A stretch of DNA of 64,000 bases from an uncultured Bacillota bacterium (GTDB lineage Bacteria; Sysuimicrobiota; Sysuimicrobiia; Sysuimicrobiales; Segetimicrobiaceae): assembly GCA_963804645.1 (NCBI GenBank), contig CAWDRG010000011.1, positions 160,001 to 224,000 on the forward strand, written 5' to 3'. The position numbers were made by a program, and so were the translations under genes. This document shows positions 21,916 to 31,946 of this stretch, piece by piece. Under the pieces are notes generated by a model that was given only the letters and a program-made list of their open reading frames with translations, had not been told where the DNA came from and did not search any database. Within the stretch, counting starts at the first letter, position 1. Each line of letters opens with the position of its first letter.

Positions 21916-22971
21916 TCAGGCACCGACGACGGCGGCGATCACGGCCAGCGCGTTGTCACGATAGATCTTGCGGAGATCTCCCTCGGACAGCCCGCGCCGC
22001 CGCAGCTCCGCGGTGAGCCCGGGCAGGTCCTCCGAGTTCTCCATGCCCGCAAACGTCGAGCGCACTCTGCCCGGCTTCGGCTGGCCGTCGAGGTCCGCGA
22101 TGCCCTGCGCGGCCGCGATGACGCGCTGATACCGGTAGAAGTCGGCGCCGATGCTGACGTGGTCGACGCCGGCCACCTCGATAAGGTGCTCGATGTGGTC
22201 GACCCACAGCGCGATCGTCGGGTCCTGCTCCGAGATGAAGCTGGCGACGGCCACCGCGCCGACGACCCCGCCGGACGCCGCGATCGCCCGAATCACGTCA
22301 TCGGTGAGGTTGCGCGGATGGCGCTGCAGGGCCCGGGCGTTCGCGTGGCTGGCGATCACCGGCTTCGTGGACACCTCAAGGATGTCGCGGGTCGTCTCGT
22401 CAGACCCGTGGGACACGTCCACGACGATGCCGAGACGGTTCATCTCCGCGACCGCGCGCCGGCCGATCGCGGTCAGACCGCCGCGATCCTCGTGCTCCCA
22501 ATCCCCGACGCCGAACATCGTCCGGCGCGCCCACGTGACCGAGACCATGCGCAGCCCGAGGCGGTGCAGCAGGCGGAGCGTCGACAGATCCTGCCCGAGG
22601 GGCTCGGCGCCCTCCAGCGCCAGCAGCACGGCGACCTTGCCCGCCCGGTTGATGCGTTCGATGTCGGCGGTCGAGCGCGCGACTTCGATGTCGTCCCGGT
22701 TGTCGTCGATCTCCGTGAGCAGGCCGTCGAGCGACCAGACCGCGTGGCGGAGCGCCGCTTCCGGGACATAGACCGATGGGGTGAAGATCGCCGCCACCAC
22801 GGTGCCGACGCCGCCCGCGCGAAACCGGGGCAGCCAGTAGGTCCTGAGCGAGTCGTAGACCCCGTCGAATCGCTGCTTGAGGATGGCGACGGGAAAATCG
22901 TCGTGCAGGTTCACGATCCCGATCTTCCGCGTGAGTGCCGCGTCCGCCTCGGTGAAGTACTCGCTGCTCAT
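21916..22971 (-). CDS. M19 membrane/renal-type dipeptidase
   Basis: LHDD, LALEGAEPL, VDVSH, IASHAN, RNLTDD and IGADF. Confidence 0.92.
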   Translation of the reverse strand: MSSEYFTEADAALTRKIGIVNLHDDFPVAILKQRFDGVYDSLRTYWLPRFRAGGVGTVVAAIFTPSVYVPEAALRHAVWSLDGLLTEIDDNRDDIEVARSTADIERINRAGKVAVLLALEGAEPLGQDLSTLRLLHRLGLRMVSVTWARRTMFGVGDWEHEDRGGLTAIGRRAVAEMNRLGIVVDVSHGSDETTRDILEVSTKPVIASHANARALQRHPRNLTDDVIRAIAASGGVVGAVAVASFISEQDPTIALWVDHIEHLIEVAGVDHVSIGADFYRYQRVIAAAQGIADLDGQPKPGRVRSTFAGMENSEDLPGLTAELRRRGLSEGDLRKIYRDNALAVIAAVVGA

Positions 22972-23042
22972 CGTTCCTCCCCCATCGTCACGTCCCGCGT
23001 CGAACCGACGAACACCCCGCCGCCCCGGCCGGTCGCGGCGGC

Positions 23043-24026
23043 TCACTCGGTCGCGACGGTCACGACCGCGCCGCCGCGCTCGATGCTCGCATACGCCGCG
23101 TCGAGCACCGCGACGCTGTGAAACGCGTCCGCGGCCGTCACCGGCGGCGGACCGTGGCCGAGGCACGCGTCGATGAACGCGCGGTCCTCGTCCACGTAGC
23201 CCCACCGATCGAGCTCGCCCGCCGACGGCAGCTGCTGCCATGGGGCGTGCGGCTGCTCGCGCGTCGTCACCCGCACGCGATCCAGATCCTCGGACACGGC
23301 GAGCGCGTGGTCCCCGTACAGCTCGACGCGCTCCTGGGGCGCGGCCCACGACGCGTGCCCGCACGTGGTGAACGCCACCGGACGTCCCCCGGGACACCGC
23401 AGCAGCATCGCAATGTCGTCGTAGTCAGGGTAGCAGCTCCGCCGACCGAGCGCGGACACGCTCTCCACCGGACCGATCAGCCACGCCACCATGTCGACGA
23501 GGTGGATCGCCGTGTCGTACATGAAGCCCCCGCAGACCGCCACATTCGTGTACCAGCTCGGGGTCAGCATGTCGCCGTCGTTCATCTTCACGTTCGCCGA
23601 CATGGGGACGAACCCCGCGTCGATCTGCCGCTTGAGAAACCGGTACGCGGGCGACCATCGTCGATTGAACCCCATCTGGTAGACGCGTCCGCTGCCCTTC
23701 GCGCGCGCCGCGACCCTCCGGGCGTCTGCGAGGGTGATCGCCATCGGCTTCTCGGAAAAAACGTGCAGCCCCCGGTCGAACGCCTCACACACCAGCGCCG
23801 CGTGATACACGTTCGGCAGCGTGATAAACACGGCGTCGATGCCCAGCTCCGCCAATGCTGCGAGCGTGGCACACGGGCGCGCCCCGACCGACTCGGCGGC
23901 CTCCCGGGCCACCGCAGCGGCCCCATCGGCGACGCCCGCGATCGTGACGCGCGGATCGGCCGCGAGCACGCTGAGGTGCCGTCTGCCCATCGTGCCCGCG
24001 CCGACCAGCCCCACCCGGATCACCAC
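23043..24026 (-). CDS. Gfo/Idh/MocA-family oxidoreductase
   Basis: GLVGAGTMG, SEKPM, GFNRRW and GG.MYDTAIH. Confidence 0.92.
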   Translation of the reverse strand: MVIRVGLVGAGTMGRRHLSVLAADPRVTIAGVADGAAAVAREAAESVGARPCATLAALAELGIDAVFITLPNVYHAALVCEAFDRGLHVFSEKPMAITLADARRVAARAKGSGRVYQMGFNRRWSPAYRFLKRQIDAGFVPMSANVKMNDGDMLTPSWYTNVAVCGGFMYDTAIHLVDMVAWLIGPVESVSALGRRSCYPDYDDIAMLLRCPGGRPVAFTTCGHASWAAPQERVELYGDHALAVSEDLDRVRVTTREQPHAPWQQLPSAGELDRWGYVDEDRAFIDACLGHGPPPVTAADAFHSVAVLDAAYASIERGGAVVTVATE

Positions 24027-24106
24027 AGACCGATCACTCCCTTCCTGCACGCCGCCGCGGTGATCCGAACGCCCCGCGTGTCTCGTGCCGTCGCACGCAC
24101 GGACGG

Positions 24107-25264
24107 CTACCGTCCCGGCGCGACCGGCAAGGGATCGACGCCGGACCCGACGGAGACCCGCCGTCCGGTCTCGGCCGCGAGCAGGAGCGCGTCGCAGACC
24201 CGCGCGCTTGCCGCTCCATCCTCGAACGTGGCGCCGACCTGCTCGCCGCCGGCCTCGACGGCTCGGCGGACGAATTCGTCAAATTGGTGGACGAAGGTGT
24301 GCTCCCACCCGATGATATGGCCCGGCGGCCACCAGCGCCCGCCGAACGGGTGGTCCCGTTCGGTCACGAGCACGTCGGCGAGCCCGCGCGCGGGACCGTC
24401 GCCGTGGTAGACGCGCAGCTCGTTGAGGCGCTCCAGATCGAATACCAGCGTGCCGCGCTCCCCGTTGATCTCGAACCACAGGTGATTCTTGCGGCCCGGA
24501 CACATCCCGCTCGCCTCCAGCGTCCCCACGGCGCCGGCGTGAAACTCCAGCGTCGCGACGACGGCGTCGTCCACGGTGACCGGCCGATCGGCCCCCCCGT
24601 CCGGTCGCTGCGCCGTATACGTGCGCGTGGACGCCGTGACGGCCGCGATCGGGCCGGCGAGGAAATGCGCGACATCGATCGCGTGCGATGCGAGATCTCC
24701 GATGACACCGCTGCCTGCCGCGTCGCGGTCGTGACGCCAGGTGAACGGCGCGGTCGGATCGAGCAGGGAGTCGTCGCTGTACCGGCTCCGAAAGTGGTAC
24801 AGGCGTCCGAGGCTCCCGTCAAGGAGCAGGCGACGGGCGAGCAGGACGGCGGGGACAAACCGGTAGTTGAAGCCGGTCATCGCCGCACGCCCCGACTCAC
24901 GGGCCGCCCGCGTCATCGCGGCGGCCTCTCCGCCCGTGCGGGCCAGCGGCTTCTCGCACAGGACGGCCTTGCCGGCCCGCAGGGCGGCGATGCTCGGTTC
25001 GGCGTGAAGGCTGGTGGGCCCGACATTGATCACCGCGTCGATCGCCGGGTCGTCGATGGTCGCATGCCAGTCCGTCGTCCCGCGCTCGGCGCCGAGACGC
25101 GCCGCCGCGGCCGCGGCACTCGCCGCGGTCCGACCCACGACGGCGACGATCCGGCCGGTCGCGGGCGCTTCGGGAAAGGCGTCGGCGTGCCGGCGGACCG
25201 CCGACACGTGCGCACGTGCGATGCCGCCGTGGCCGAGCACGGCGATCCCGAGGATGCGCGTCAT
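24107..25264 (-). CDS. Gfo/Idh/MocA-family oxidoreductase
   Basis: LGHGGIA, CEKPL, GFNYRF, GDLASH and WWPPGHIIGWEHTF. Confidence 0.92.
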   Translation of the reverse strand: MTRILGIAVLGHGGIARAHVSAVRRHADAFPEAPATGRIVAVVGRTAASAAAAAARLGAERGTTDWHATIDDPAIDAVINVGPTSLHAEPSIAALRAGKAVLCEKPLARTGGEAAAMTRAARESGRAAMTGFNYRFVPAVLLARRLLLDGSLGRLYHFRSRYSDDSLLDPTAPFTWRHDRDAAGSGVIGDLASHAIDVAHFLAGPIAAVTASTRTYTAQRPDGGADRPVTVDDAVVATLEFHAGAVGTLEASGMCPGRKNHLWFEINGERGTLVFDLERLNELRVYHGDGPARGLADVLVTERDHPFGGRWWPPGHIIGWEHTFVHQFDEFVRRAVEAGGEQVGATFEDGAASARVCDALLLAAETGRRVSVGSGVDPLPVAPGR

Positions 25265-25450
25265 CGACCGCATCCCGGCCGCGGCCGATCGACCGCGCCG
25301 GGCCGCGCCGAGTCGATGGCAGCGGCGGACGGACGCGCGGTGCGCCGCGCCCGTGCGGTCTCTCGCATGCCCCATGCCTGGTTCACACGCTCACCTCCAA
25401 CGAGATCCCCGTGTGCCGAAGCGTTGCCTCTCGCGTCGCACGCGCGATCG

Positions 25451-25858
25451 TCATCGACGAGTGGGAGAGTCGGGACGGACGGCGAACCTGCTCGCCCGAA
25501 CGCCCGCGCCGCACCATGCCGCCAGGGCCCCGTGAAAGACCACCGCGGGCCACAGCGCCCACCCGCGCAGGCCCACGAGACCGGCGTAGATGAGCAGGAC
25601 AGCGACAGCCGCGTTGTAGATCCACATCGCCGCCAACAAGCCGGTGGCGGCATGACTCCCCGCGTCGTTGCGCACCAGCCAGCAGGCCGCGCCCAACGAG
25701 CAGAGCGCGATCCCGGCGAGACGGGCCACGACCAGCGCGAGCGGCGTGTCGAGCGGTGCGCCGAGCAGGACCATGCTCACGACAGACGGGACCACGAGCA
25801 GCGCCAGCCCGGCCAGCATCTCGGCCACCGCCATCACGACGAGCAGCGTTCTCGTCAC
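25451..25858 (-). CDS. Small membrane protein (about 4 TM), unknown function
   Basis: Four hydrophobic segments; GGGGAGGG RBS before GTG. Confidence 0.7.
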   Translation of the reverse strand: MTRTLLVVMAVAEMLAGLALLVVPSVVSMVLLGAPLDTPLALVVARLAGIALCSLGAACWLVRNDAGSHAATGLLAAMWIYNAAVAVLLIYAGLVGLRGWALWPAVVFHGALAAWCGAGVRASRFAVRPDSPTRR

Positions 25859-26260
25859 TGTGCCCTCCCCGCTTCGTTGGACGACGTGCCCGTCTGCGCC
25901 GACCCGGCAGCGCGCGTGCCCCCCGGGATCGAACGTACCTGGCTCCAGTTCGGCGGCGGCGGGGTCTCACCCCGTTTCCGCCGAACGCCGCGTGCCCCGC
26001 CCCGGTCGATTCCGAACCTGGCCGCAGTGAGGATTCAGCCCGGTCGACGTGATTCCATTTCGCGATGGGCACGAATGAGGGCGCCCCGGGCTTGCCCCCG
26101 CCGTGACACCGTCACGATGTCTTCCTTAAGAAGAAGCTGCGGAGGCGGTCCGCTCGGCGCCGTAGACCCGCGGCACGAGTGCGGCGCCGCGCCGCCAACT
26201 CCGGGCGCACCGGGCACCTCCGTGTTCGTGCGTGGCTGGGAGGACCCCGAACGAGGCGCC

Positions 26261-27625
26261 ATGAACTCGTCATCACCGCCGCGGGCGCCGCGTCCTCGCC
26301 CGCCATCTCGGTCAGGGACCTCCGACACGACTCGCACAACCGAGATCCGCCTGGTGTACCTCGCCGGCCTCATCCAAGGGCTGGCCTTGGTGACATTTCC
26401 GGCCGCGAGTTCCATCCTCACCAGCCCGCGGGTGTACGGCCTCAGTGAGACCCAGTACGGGGCGATGTTCCTCCCGCAGGTTGCCCTGGCCATCGTGGCA
26501 TCGGCCGCAGCCCCGGCGCTGGCGCGCCGGTGGGGGCTCAAGCGGGTGTTTCTATTGGGACTCGGCGCCAACCTGGCGTCGATGATGCTCTTGGCGGGAA
26601 GCCGACTGCTCGTGTCCTCGCCGGCCGTGGCGTACGGCGCGCTGCTGGTGGCCACCGGGGTGCTTGGAGGAGGGTTCGGCGTCACCGTCATGACGCTGAA
26701 CACCTTCGCGCAGGAGTACTTTCCCGCCGCAGCCGACCGCGCGGTGCTGGCGATGAACGTCCTGCTCGGAGTTGGCACGACGCTCGGTCCGGCCCTCGTC
26801 GCCGTGTTTCTCGCGTTGGGCGCCTGGTGGCTGCTGCCGATTCTCACGGCGGCCGCGCTGCTCTGCCTCTTGGACATCAGCCTGCAGGCGTCGCTCACGC
26901 CCCACCCGCGGCCGACCGCCGACGCCGGAGGCCCCGCGCGATCTCCGGAGCGGCGTGCCGGCCGTCTCCCACGGCGGTTCTGGCTCTACGCCGGCGCCGT
27001 CCTGCTCTACGGCGTGATCGAGACGCTCTGCGGCAATTGGTCCACGCTGTACCTGATCCGTGAGCGACACGTGCCGACGCCGTCGGCATCACTCGCGCTA
27101 ACGATCTTTTGGGCGATGATGACCCTGGGACGGGTCGGCGCCGCGTTCCTGTCGACCAGAATCGCCGCACGGTGGATCTATCTCGTCCATCCCGTCGTGA
27201 TGCTGGTCGCGCTCCTGGTCGTGTCCCGCGCCACGACGACGGCCGGCGGCATCGCGGCGTTCGGTCTGGCGGGGCTCGCGTGCTCGGCCTTTCTCCCGTT
27301 GAGCATCAGCCTCGGAGGACAAGCGTTCTCGGATCTGACGGCGGTCGTATCGGGACAGCTGATCGCGTTCTATCAGATCGGCTACGGGATCGCGGCGTTC
27401 GGCGTGGGACCGCTGCGGATGGCGACCGGCGCCTCCCTCTCGACGATCTATGCCGGCGCCGCGGCGGCGGCCGCCGCGCTGGCCGTGCTCGCCGTGCGCA
27501 TCACCGTTCGGCCGCCAGACGGCCGCTGGCGACGGCGGCCGTCGCCGATCGTCCGACACCCCCAAACATCTGACCGTCGCGACGCAGCGTCCAACGCGCC
27601 CGACCCGCCTCGACGTCCCGCGTAA
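26261..27625 (+). CDS. MFS transporter
   Basis: About 12 hydrophobic segments and loop 2-3 motif LARRWGLKR. Only the 3' part of track ORF 24284..27625 looks coding. Confidence 0.88.
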   Translation: MNSSSPPRAPRPRPPSRSGTSDTTRTTEIRLVYLAGLIQGLALVTFPAASSILTSPRVYGLSETQYGAMFLPQVALAIVASAAAPALARRWGLKRVFLLGLGANLASMMLLAGSRLLVSSPAVAYGALLVATGVLGGGFGVTVMTLNTFAQEYFPAAADRAVLAMNVLLGVGTTLGPALVAVFLALGAWWLLPILTAAALLCLLDISLQASLTPHPRPTADAGGPARSPERRAGRLPRRFWLYAGAVLLYGVIETLCGNWSTLYLIRERHVPTPSASLALTIFWAMMTLGRVGAAFLSTRIAARWIYLVHPVVMLVALLVVSRATTTAGGIAAFGLAGLACSAFLPLSISLGGQAFSDLTAVVSGQLIAFYQIGYGIAAFGVGPLRMATGASLSTIYAGAAAAAAALAVLAVRITVRPPDGRWRRRPSPIVRHPQTSDRRDAASNAPDPPRRPA

Positions 27626-27739
27626 GAATCGCCCCCGGCACCGGGTTCCTCCCCGGCATCCCAAATTACTATCCCGACCCTATAGGCATGCCAGGCCCGG
27701 ATGGGTACGCTGATTGGAAATCGACACGCCGGAGACTGC

Positions 27740-28393
27740 ATGCCCACAGTTCAGAACTGCATGATTGCCCGGGCCGTGGTGTTGCCCGCCGACGCCACCG
27801 TGGGCGACGCGGTCGCGCACATGCGCGCTGAGGCGGTCGGGCGTCTCTGCGTCGTCGATCACGACCGGCTGGTCGGGATTGTGACGCGGTCGGATCTGAT
27901 GGGTGTCCTGCCGAGCGCGCCGACGGCCGATGCCGCGGAGGCGCAGGCGTTCTGGATGACCCCGGTGACGGCTGTGATGACGCCTCGTCCGATCGTCGTG
28001 GGGCCGGCCACCTCGGTCGCCACGGCCGCCAGACTCCTGCAGCGGCACCGCATCCAGGCGCTGCCCGTCGTGGATCGTGGCGCGCTGGTGGGCATCATCA
28101 CCACGCAGGACATCGTCGACGCCCTCGGTCACCATGTCGGCAGCGATATCCGCGGGGCGCAGATGTCGGTGGCACTCCCCAACGACCTGGCGGACCTGCA
28201 TCGGCTCACGGACGCCCTGGTCGCCTTGAAGGACGTGCTGTTCCCGCTGGCGCTGACGGTGCGGCTCAGCAAACACGAACGGCTCGCCCGGCTGATCGTC
28301 GGGACTGCCGAACCGCTCCGGGTCGCGGAGGAGCTCGCCGCGGCGGGCTTCAAGGTGTCCGGGCTCCGCGCCGACCCGGGGGCCTCCGCCTAG
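27740..28393 (+). CDS. CBS-pair protein with C-terminal ACT-like domain (AcuB-like layout)
   Basis: LVGIVTRSDL and LPVVD..LVGIITTQDI CBS repeats plus about 75-aa C-terminal domain. Confidence 0.85.
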   Translation: MPTVQNCMIARAVVLPADATVGDAVAHMRAEAVGRLCVVDHDRLVGIVTRSDLMGVLPSAPTADAAEAQAFWMTPVTAVMTPRPIVVGPATSVATAARLLQRHRIQALPVVDRGALVGIITTQDIVDALGHHVGSDIRGAQMSVALPNDLADLHRLTDALVALKDVLFPLALTVRLSKHERLARLIVGTAEPLRVAEELAAAGFKVSGLRADPGASA

Positions 28394-28473
28394 CGACTCC
28401 GACGACGGCGAACGGCCGCGCGTCGACGGTCCCCCAAGGAATCCCGGCGCGGCCGCTCGAACCGATCAGGATC

Positions 28474-29151
28474 ATGACGCCCCCCGCGACTCGCAAGCCG
28501 GCCAAAATCTCGGTCCTGCTCGCCGACGATCACGCGATCGTGCGCCAGGGAGTCAAGATGATCCTCACCGCGGAGCCGGACATCGAGGTCGTCGGAGAAG
28601 CCGAGGACGGCCTCCAGGCGATCGAAATGGCCCGAGAGTTAAAGCCGAACGTCGCGGTCCTCGACGTCAGCATGCCCCGGCTCAACGGCATCGAAGCCAT
28701 GCGGCAGATCCGCGCGGCGCTGCCCCAGACGCAGGTCCTCGCGCTCACGATGCACGCGGACGATACGTACGTGTTCCAGTGCCTGAAGGCCGGCGCCTCG
28801 GGGTACGTGCTCAAGCGCGCCGCGGCGACCGATCTCGTCCAGGCTATCCGGGCCGCCCGCCGCGGCGAAGCGTTCCTCTATCCGGCCGTCGCGACGGCGG
28901 TCGTGGCCGACTATCTGAAGCGGCTGGAATCGGGCGAGGGACGGGAAGCCTACGACGGGCTCACCGAGCGGGAACGTGAGATCCTGACGCTCGTCGCCGA
29001 GGGCGTGACCAATCAGGACATCGCGCAGAAGCTGTACATCAGCATCAAGACGGTGCAGACGCACCGGGCGCACATCATGGAAAAACTCGGCCTCCACGAC
29101 CGCACCCAGCTCGTCCGCTACGCGATCCGCAAGGGGCTCATCGAAGCCTGA
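28474..29151 (+). CDS. NarL/NreC-family (LuxR HTH) response regulator, no adjacent kinase
   Basis: LADDHAIVRQG, LDVSMP, LTMH, GASGYVLK and LTEREREIL...ISIKTVQTHRAHIMEKL. Confidence 0.95.
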   Translation: MTPPATRKPAKISVLLADDHAIVRQGVKMILTAEPDIEVVGEAEDGLQAIEMARELKPNVAVLDVSMPRLNGIEAMRQIRAALPQTQVLALTMHADDTYVFQCLKAGASGYVLKRAAATDLVQAIRAARRGEAFLYPAVATAVVADYLKRLESGEGREAYDGLTEREREILTLVAEGVTNQDIAQKLYISIKTVQTHRAHIMEKLGLHDRTQLVRYAIRKGLIEA

Positions 29152-29231
29152 CCCGTACACGCGCGCGCGCCGTGCCGCCGGGCTCCCCCAGCCCGACGGC
29201 ACGGACGTCGTCGTCGATCCGCCTGCGTGCG

Positions 29232-31715
29232 CTACGCCCCGGTGATCGGCGCCCAGTCGTTGGGGCCGGCGCCGCCGATGTACTTCTCGATCTGCACCAA
29301 TCCGGTGTGGCAGACCGGCCCCTGCGCCAGCTGCGACGTGCCGCGCTGGGCGGTGAGGTTATTGGCGCAGCCGCCCCGGTCCAGGCTGCCGATCGCCCCG
29401 GGCGTCTCCGGACGGTACCAGGCGCCTTCGTGGAGGATCACCACCTGCGGCCGCAGCCGCGGGGTCACCACCGCGCCGGCCAGCGCCTGCCCGCGGTCGT
29501 TGAACACGCGCACCACGTCGCCGGTCTGAATCGCGCGCGCAGCCGCGTCGGCCGGATTGATCCACACCGGCTCGTATCCGTTGACCTTGCTGAACTGATG
29601 CAGGGTGTCCACGTTGTCGTAGGACGAGTGCCGGCGAAACTGCGGGTGCTTGGTGATCAGGGCCAGCGGATACTGCTTCGCCTTCGCGCTGCCGAGCCAC
29701 TCGAACGGCTCCATCCACTGGGGCGTCGGCGGGCAGTCCGCGTAGCCGTACTTGGCGATCGCTTCGGAGTAGATCTCGATCTTCCCGGACGGCGTGTTGA
29801 GCGGGTTCGCGCCCGGATCCTTCCGGAACGCCGCGAATGCCACGTACGCCGCGCCTTCCTCGTCCACCGGCAGCTTGTAGTAGCCCACCTGCTTGAACCG
29901 GTCGTAGCTCATCGGGACCTTCCCGGCCGCGTAGAGCTTGCGCAGCCACGCGTCCTCGGTGTCCATCCCCAACGTGAACTTGTCCTTGAACCCGAGGCGC
30001 GCGGATAGCTCGGTGAACACCTCGAAGTCCGACTTCGACTCCCCGAGCGACGCGATGATCTGGTGCTGGTAGACGACGTACCGCCAGAACTGCGTGATGT
30101 CGTTGCGTTCGAACACGGTGTTGATCGGCAGCACGATATCGGCCATGCGCGCCGTCGGAGTCCACCAGCTGTCCTGGACAATGATCGTGTCGACCGTCTG
30201 GAGCGCGCGCAGGTTTTCGTTGATCTGATCGTGCTGATTCAGCACCGCGCCGCCCACCCAGTAGGCCAGCTTGACCGTCGACTTCCCGGGCATCGGATAC
30301 GGATACGTGCTGCCGTTGTGATGCACGGTGACCGGCGCGTTGAGCAGCGAGTATGCGAACTGCTGGTCCAAGAGCACCTGCTTGACCGGGTTCGCAACCC
30401 CCGGGAACAGGCCCGGCCCGGGCAGCGTCACGTGCGCGTCGCCCGCGCCGGCAAAGCCGGGGATCTCGAACGACAGCCCGCCGCCGGGCAGGCCGAACTC
30501 TCCCTTCATCGCCGCCAGCGTGATCAGCATCCGGACCTGCTGCTCCCCGTGATCGTTGCGCTGGATCCCGCGCGCGCAGGAGATCTTGACGCGCGGCGTC
30601 TGCGCGTACTCGCGCGCGAACGCGCGGATCCGGTCCGCCGGGATGTCCGTCAGCCCCGCGGCCCACTCCGGCGTCTTCGGCTGCTTGTCCGTCTCTCCCA
30701 TCACGTACTGCCGGAACGGTTCAAACCCGTACGTGTACGTGTCGATGAACGACTTGCTGTAGAGGTTCTCGGTGATCATCACGTAGGCCATCGCGGCCAT
30801 GAGCGCGCTGTCGCCGCCCGGGCGGATCGGCATCCAGACGTCGGCCATCTCGGCGGTCTGCGTGAACAGCGGATCGATCACGATCATCTTGATGCCCCGC
30901 TGCTTCATCGCCGCGAGCCAGTTCCGCACGCGCATGTACGACGGCCCGCGCACCTTCCAGTTGTCCACCGGGTCGGAGGCCCAGAAGATGAACGTCTTGG
31001 TGTTCTCGAGCGTGTCGGCCATCGAGTCGTCGGGATACATCTGCCCCCACGAGTACGGCGCCGCCCACTGCCAGCACGCGTAGCTCTTGTTGCCGATCAG
31101 GGTGGTGCAGCCCCCGTAGAGGTTGAGAAACCGCCCGACCTGTCCGAGTTTGGTGTTGAGGTTTCCGGCGGACTGCCAGCCGCCGATCACGCTGCCGAGG
31201 ATCGCCTCGTTCCCGTACCGCGTCTTGACGCGCTTGAGCTCCCCGGCGACCAGGTCGTAGGCCTCGTTCCAGGTGACGCGCCGGTACTTCGGCACGCCCC
31301 GCGTCGCCCGGTTGCCGCCGCCGCCCGGCTTCCAGTCCGCCCGCACCATCGGATAGAGGATGCGGTCCGAGGCGTAGACCCGATGGTGCCAGTTGAGCCC
31401 CATCGGCGACGCCTCGTTGTCGGGATAGTCGAGGCTGCCGAGCCGGACGATCCGCCCGTCCTTCACGTACACGTTCAGCAGCCCTTCGCTGTCGGCCGTC
31501 GTGAGCACCCGCTCCGTGCGGGCCGTCGGATCGAGCGGCGCATCGGGCATCGCCGCCGCGGGGGCCGAGGCCGCCGCCGCCCGCATGATCTCGGGTCCGG
31601 TCAGCAGCGCGGTTCCCGCCGTCGCCGCCCCCAGACCGAGGTGCTGCAAAAATCGCCGGCGGCTCACACCCGCCGGTCCGGCTGCCGTACGATCCACGTC
31701 ACTCGTCCCGCTCAT
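29232..31715 (-). CDS. Tat-exported Mo-bisPGD oxidoreductase (DMSO/TMAO/biotin-sulfoxide reductase family), divergent paralogue 1
   Basis: SRRRFLQ Tat motif, GWQSAG loop, Ser aligned to the Mo ligand (GNKSY), TPSGKIE and INPADAAARAI..GD.VRVFNDRG. Confidence 0.92.
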   Translation of the reverse strand: MSGTSDVDRTAAGPAGVSRRRFLQHLGLGAATAGTALLTGPEIMRAAAASAPAAAMPDAPLDPTARTERVLTTADSEGLLNVYVKDGRIVRLGSLDYPDNEASPMGLNWHHRVYASDRILYPMVRADWKPGGGGNRATRGVPKYRRVTWNEAYDLVAGELKRVKTRYGNEAILGSVIGGWQSAGNLNTKLGQVGRFLNLYGGCTTLIGNKSYACWQWAAPYSWGQMYPDDSMADTLENTKTFIFWASDPVDNWKVRGPSYMRVRNWLAAMKQRGIKMIVIDPLFTQTAEMADVWMPIRPGGDSALMAAMAYVMITENLYSKSFIDTYTYGFEPFRQYVMGETDKQPKTPEWAAGLTDIPADRIRAFAREYAQTPRVKISCARGIQRNDHGEQQVRMLITLAAMKGEFGLPGGGLSFEIPGFAGAGDAHVTLPGPGLFPGVANPVKQVLLDQQFAYSLLNAPVTVHHNGSTYPYPMPGKSTVKLAYWVGGAVLNQHDQINENLRALQTVDTIIVQDSWWTPTARMADIVLPINTVFERNDITQFWRYVVYQHQIIASLGESKSDFEVFTELSARLGFKDKFTLGMDTEDAWLRKLYAAGKVPMSYDRFKQVGYYKLPVDEEGAAYVAFAAFRKDPGANPLNTPSGKIEIYSEAIAKYGYADCPPTPQWMEPFEWLGSAKAKQYPLALITKHPQFRRHSSYDNVDTLHQFSKVNGYEPVWINPADAAARAIQTGDVVRVFNDRGQALAGAVVTPRLRPQVVILHEGAWYRPETPGAIGSLDRGGCANNLTAQRGTSQLAQGPVCHTGLVQIEKYIGGAGPNDWAPITGA

Positions 31716-31862
31716 CCACGCACCCCCTGGCGCATCCGCCGGTCAGCGGCATGCACACACCAATCGCCTCGGGGTACCACCCGCACCCAATTCGGCCCAC
31801 GCGTGCCGCGCCGTCGCCCTGGTTCATCACTTCGACGATAGCAACGGCGCCGCGCTCCGCCT

Positions 31863-31880
31863 ATCCGTCCGCGGCCCGAT
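31863..31880 (-). promoter_or_regulatory. ATCSG-N8-CSGAT site upstream of molybdoenzyme 1
   Basis: Read toward the gene: ATCGG GCCGCGGA CGGAT, 22 bp, then TATCGT (31835-31840). Confidence 0.75.
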
Positions 31881-31946
31881 TCCTCGCCGGGACGCAATGC
31901 CCCGGACCCGCGCGGGCGCGCGGGTCCGGGGAGACATCGCACGGCG

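Noticed and set aside
26102..26116. CGTGAC-ACC-GTCACG palindrome as a CRP/FNR box
   Set aside because: The spacer between GTGA and TCAC is 5 bp rather than 6, and it is a single instance.
24284..26260. 1113-aa ORF implying a large MFS fusion
   Set aside because: The 5' two-thirds overlap opposite-strand genes and look non-coding; only 26261..27625 is MFS-like.
27666..27711. Possible twelfth regulon site TTACT-N8-CCTAT, 22 bp before TACGCT upstream of the CBS-ACT gene
   Set aside because: The spacing fits but both half-sites deviate; not counted without a PWM score.
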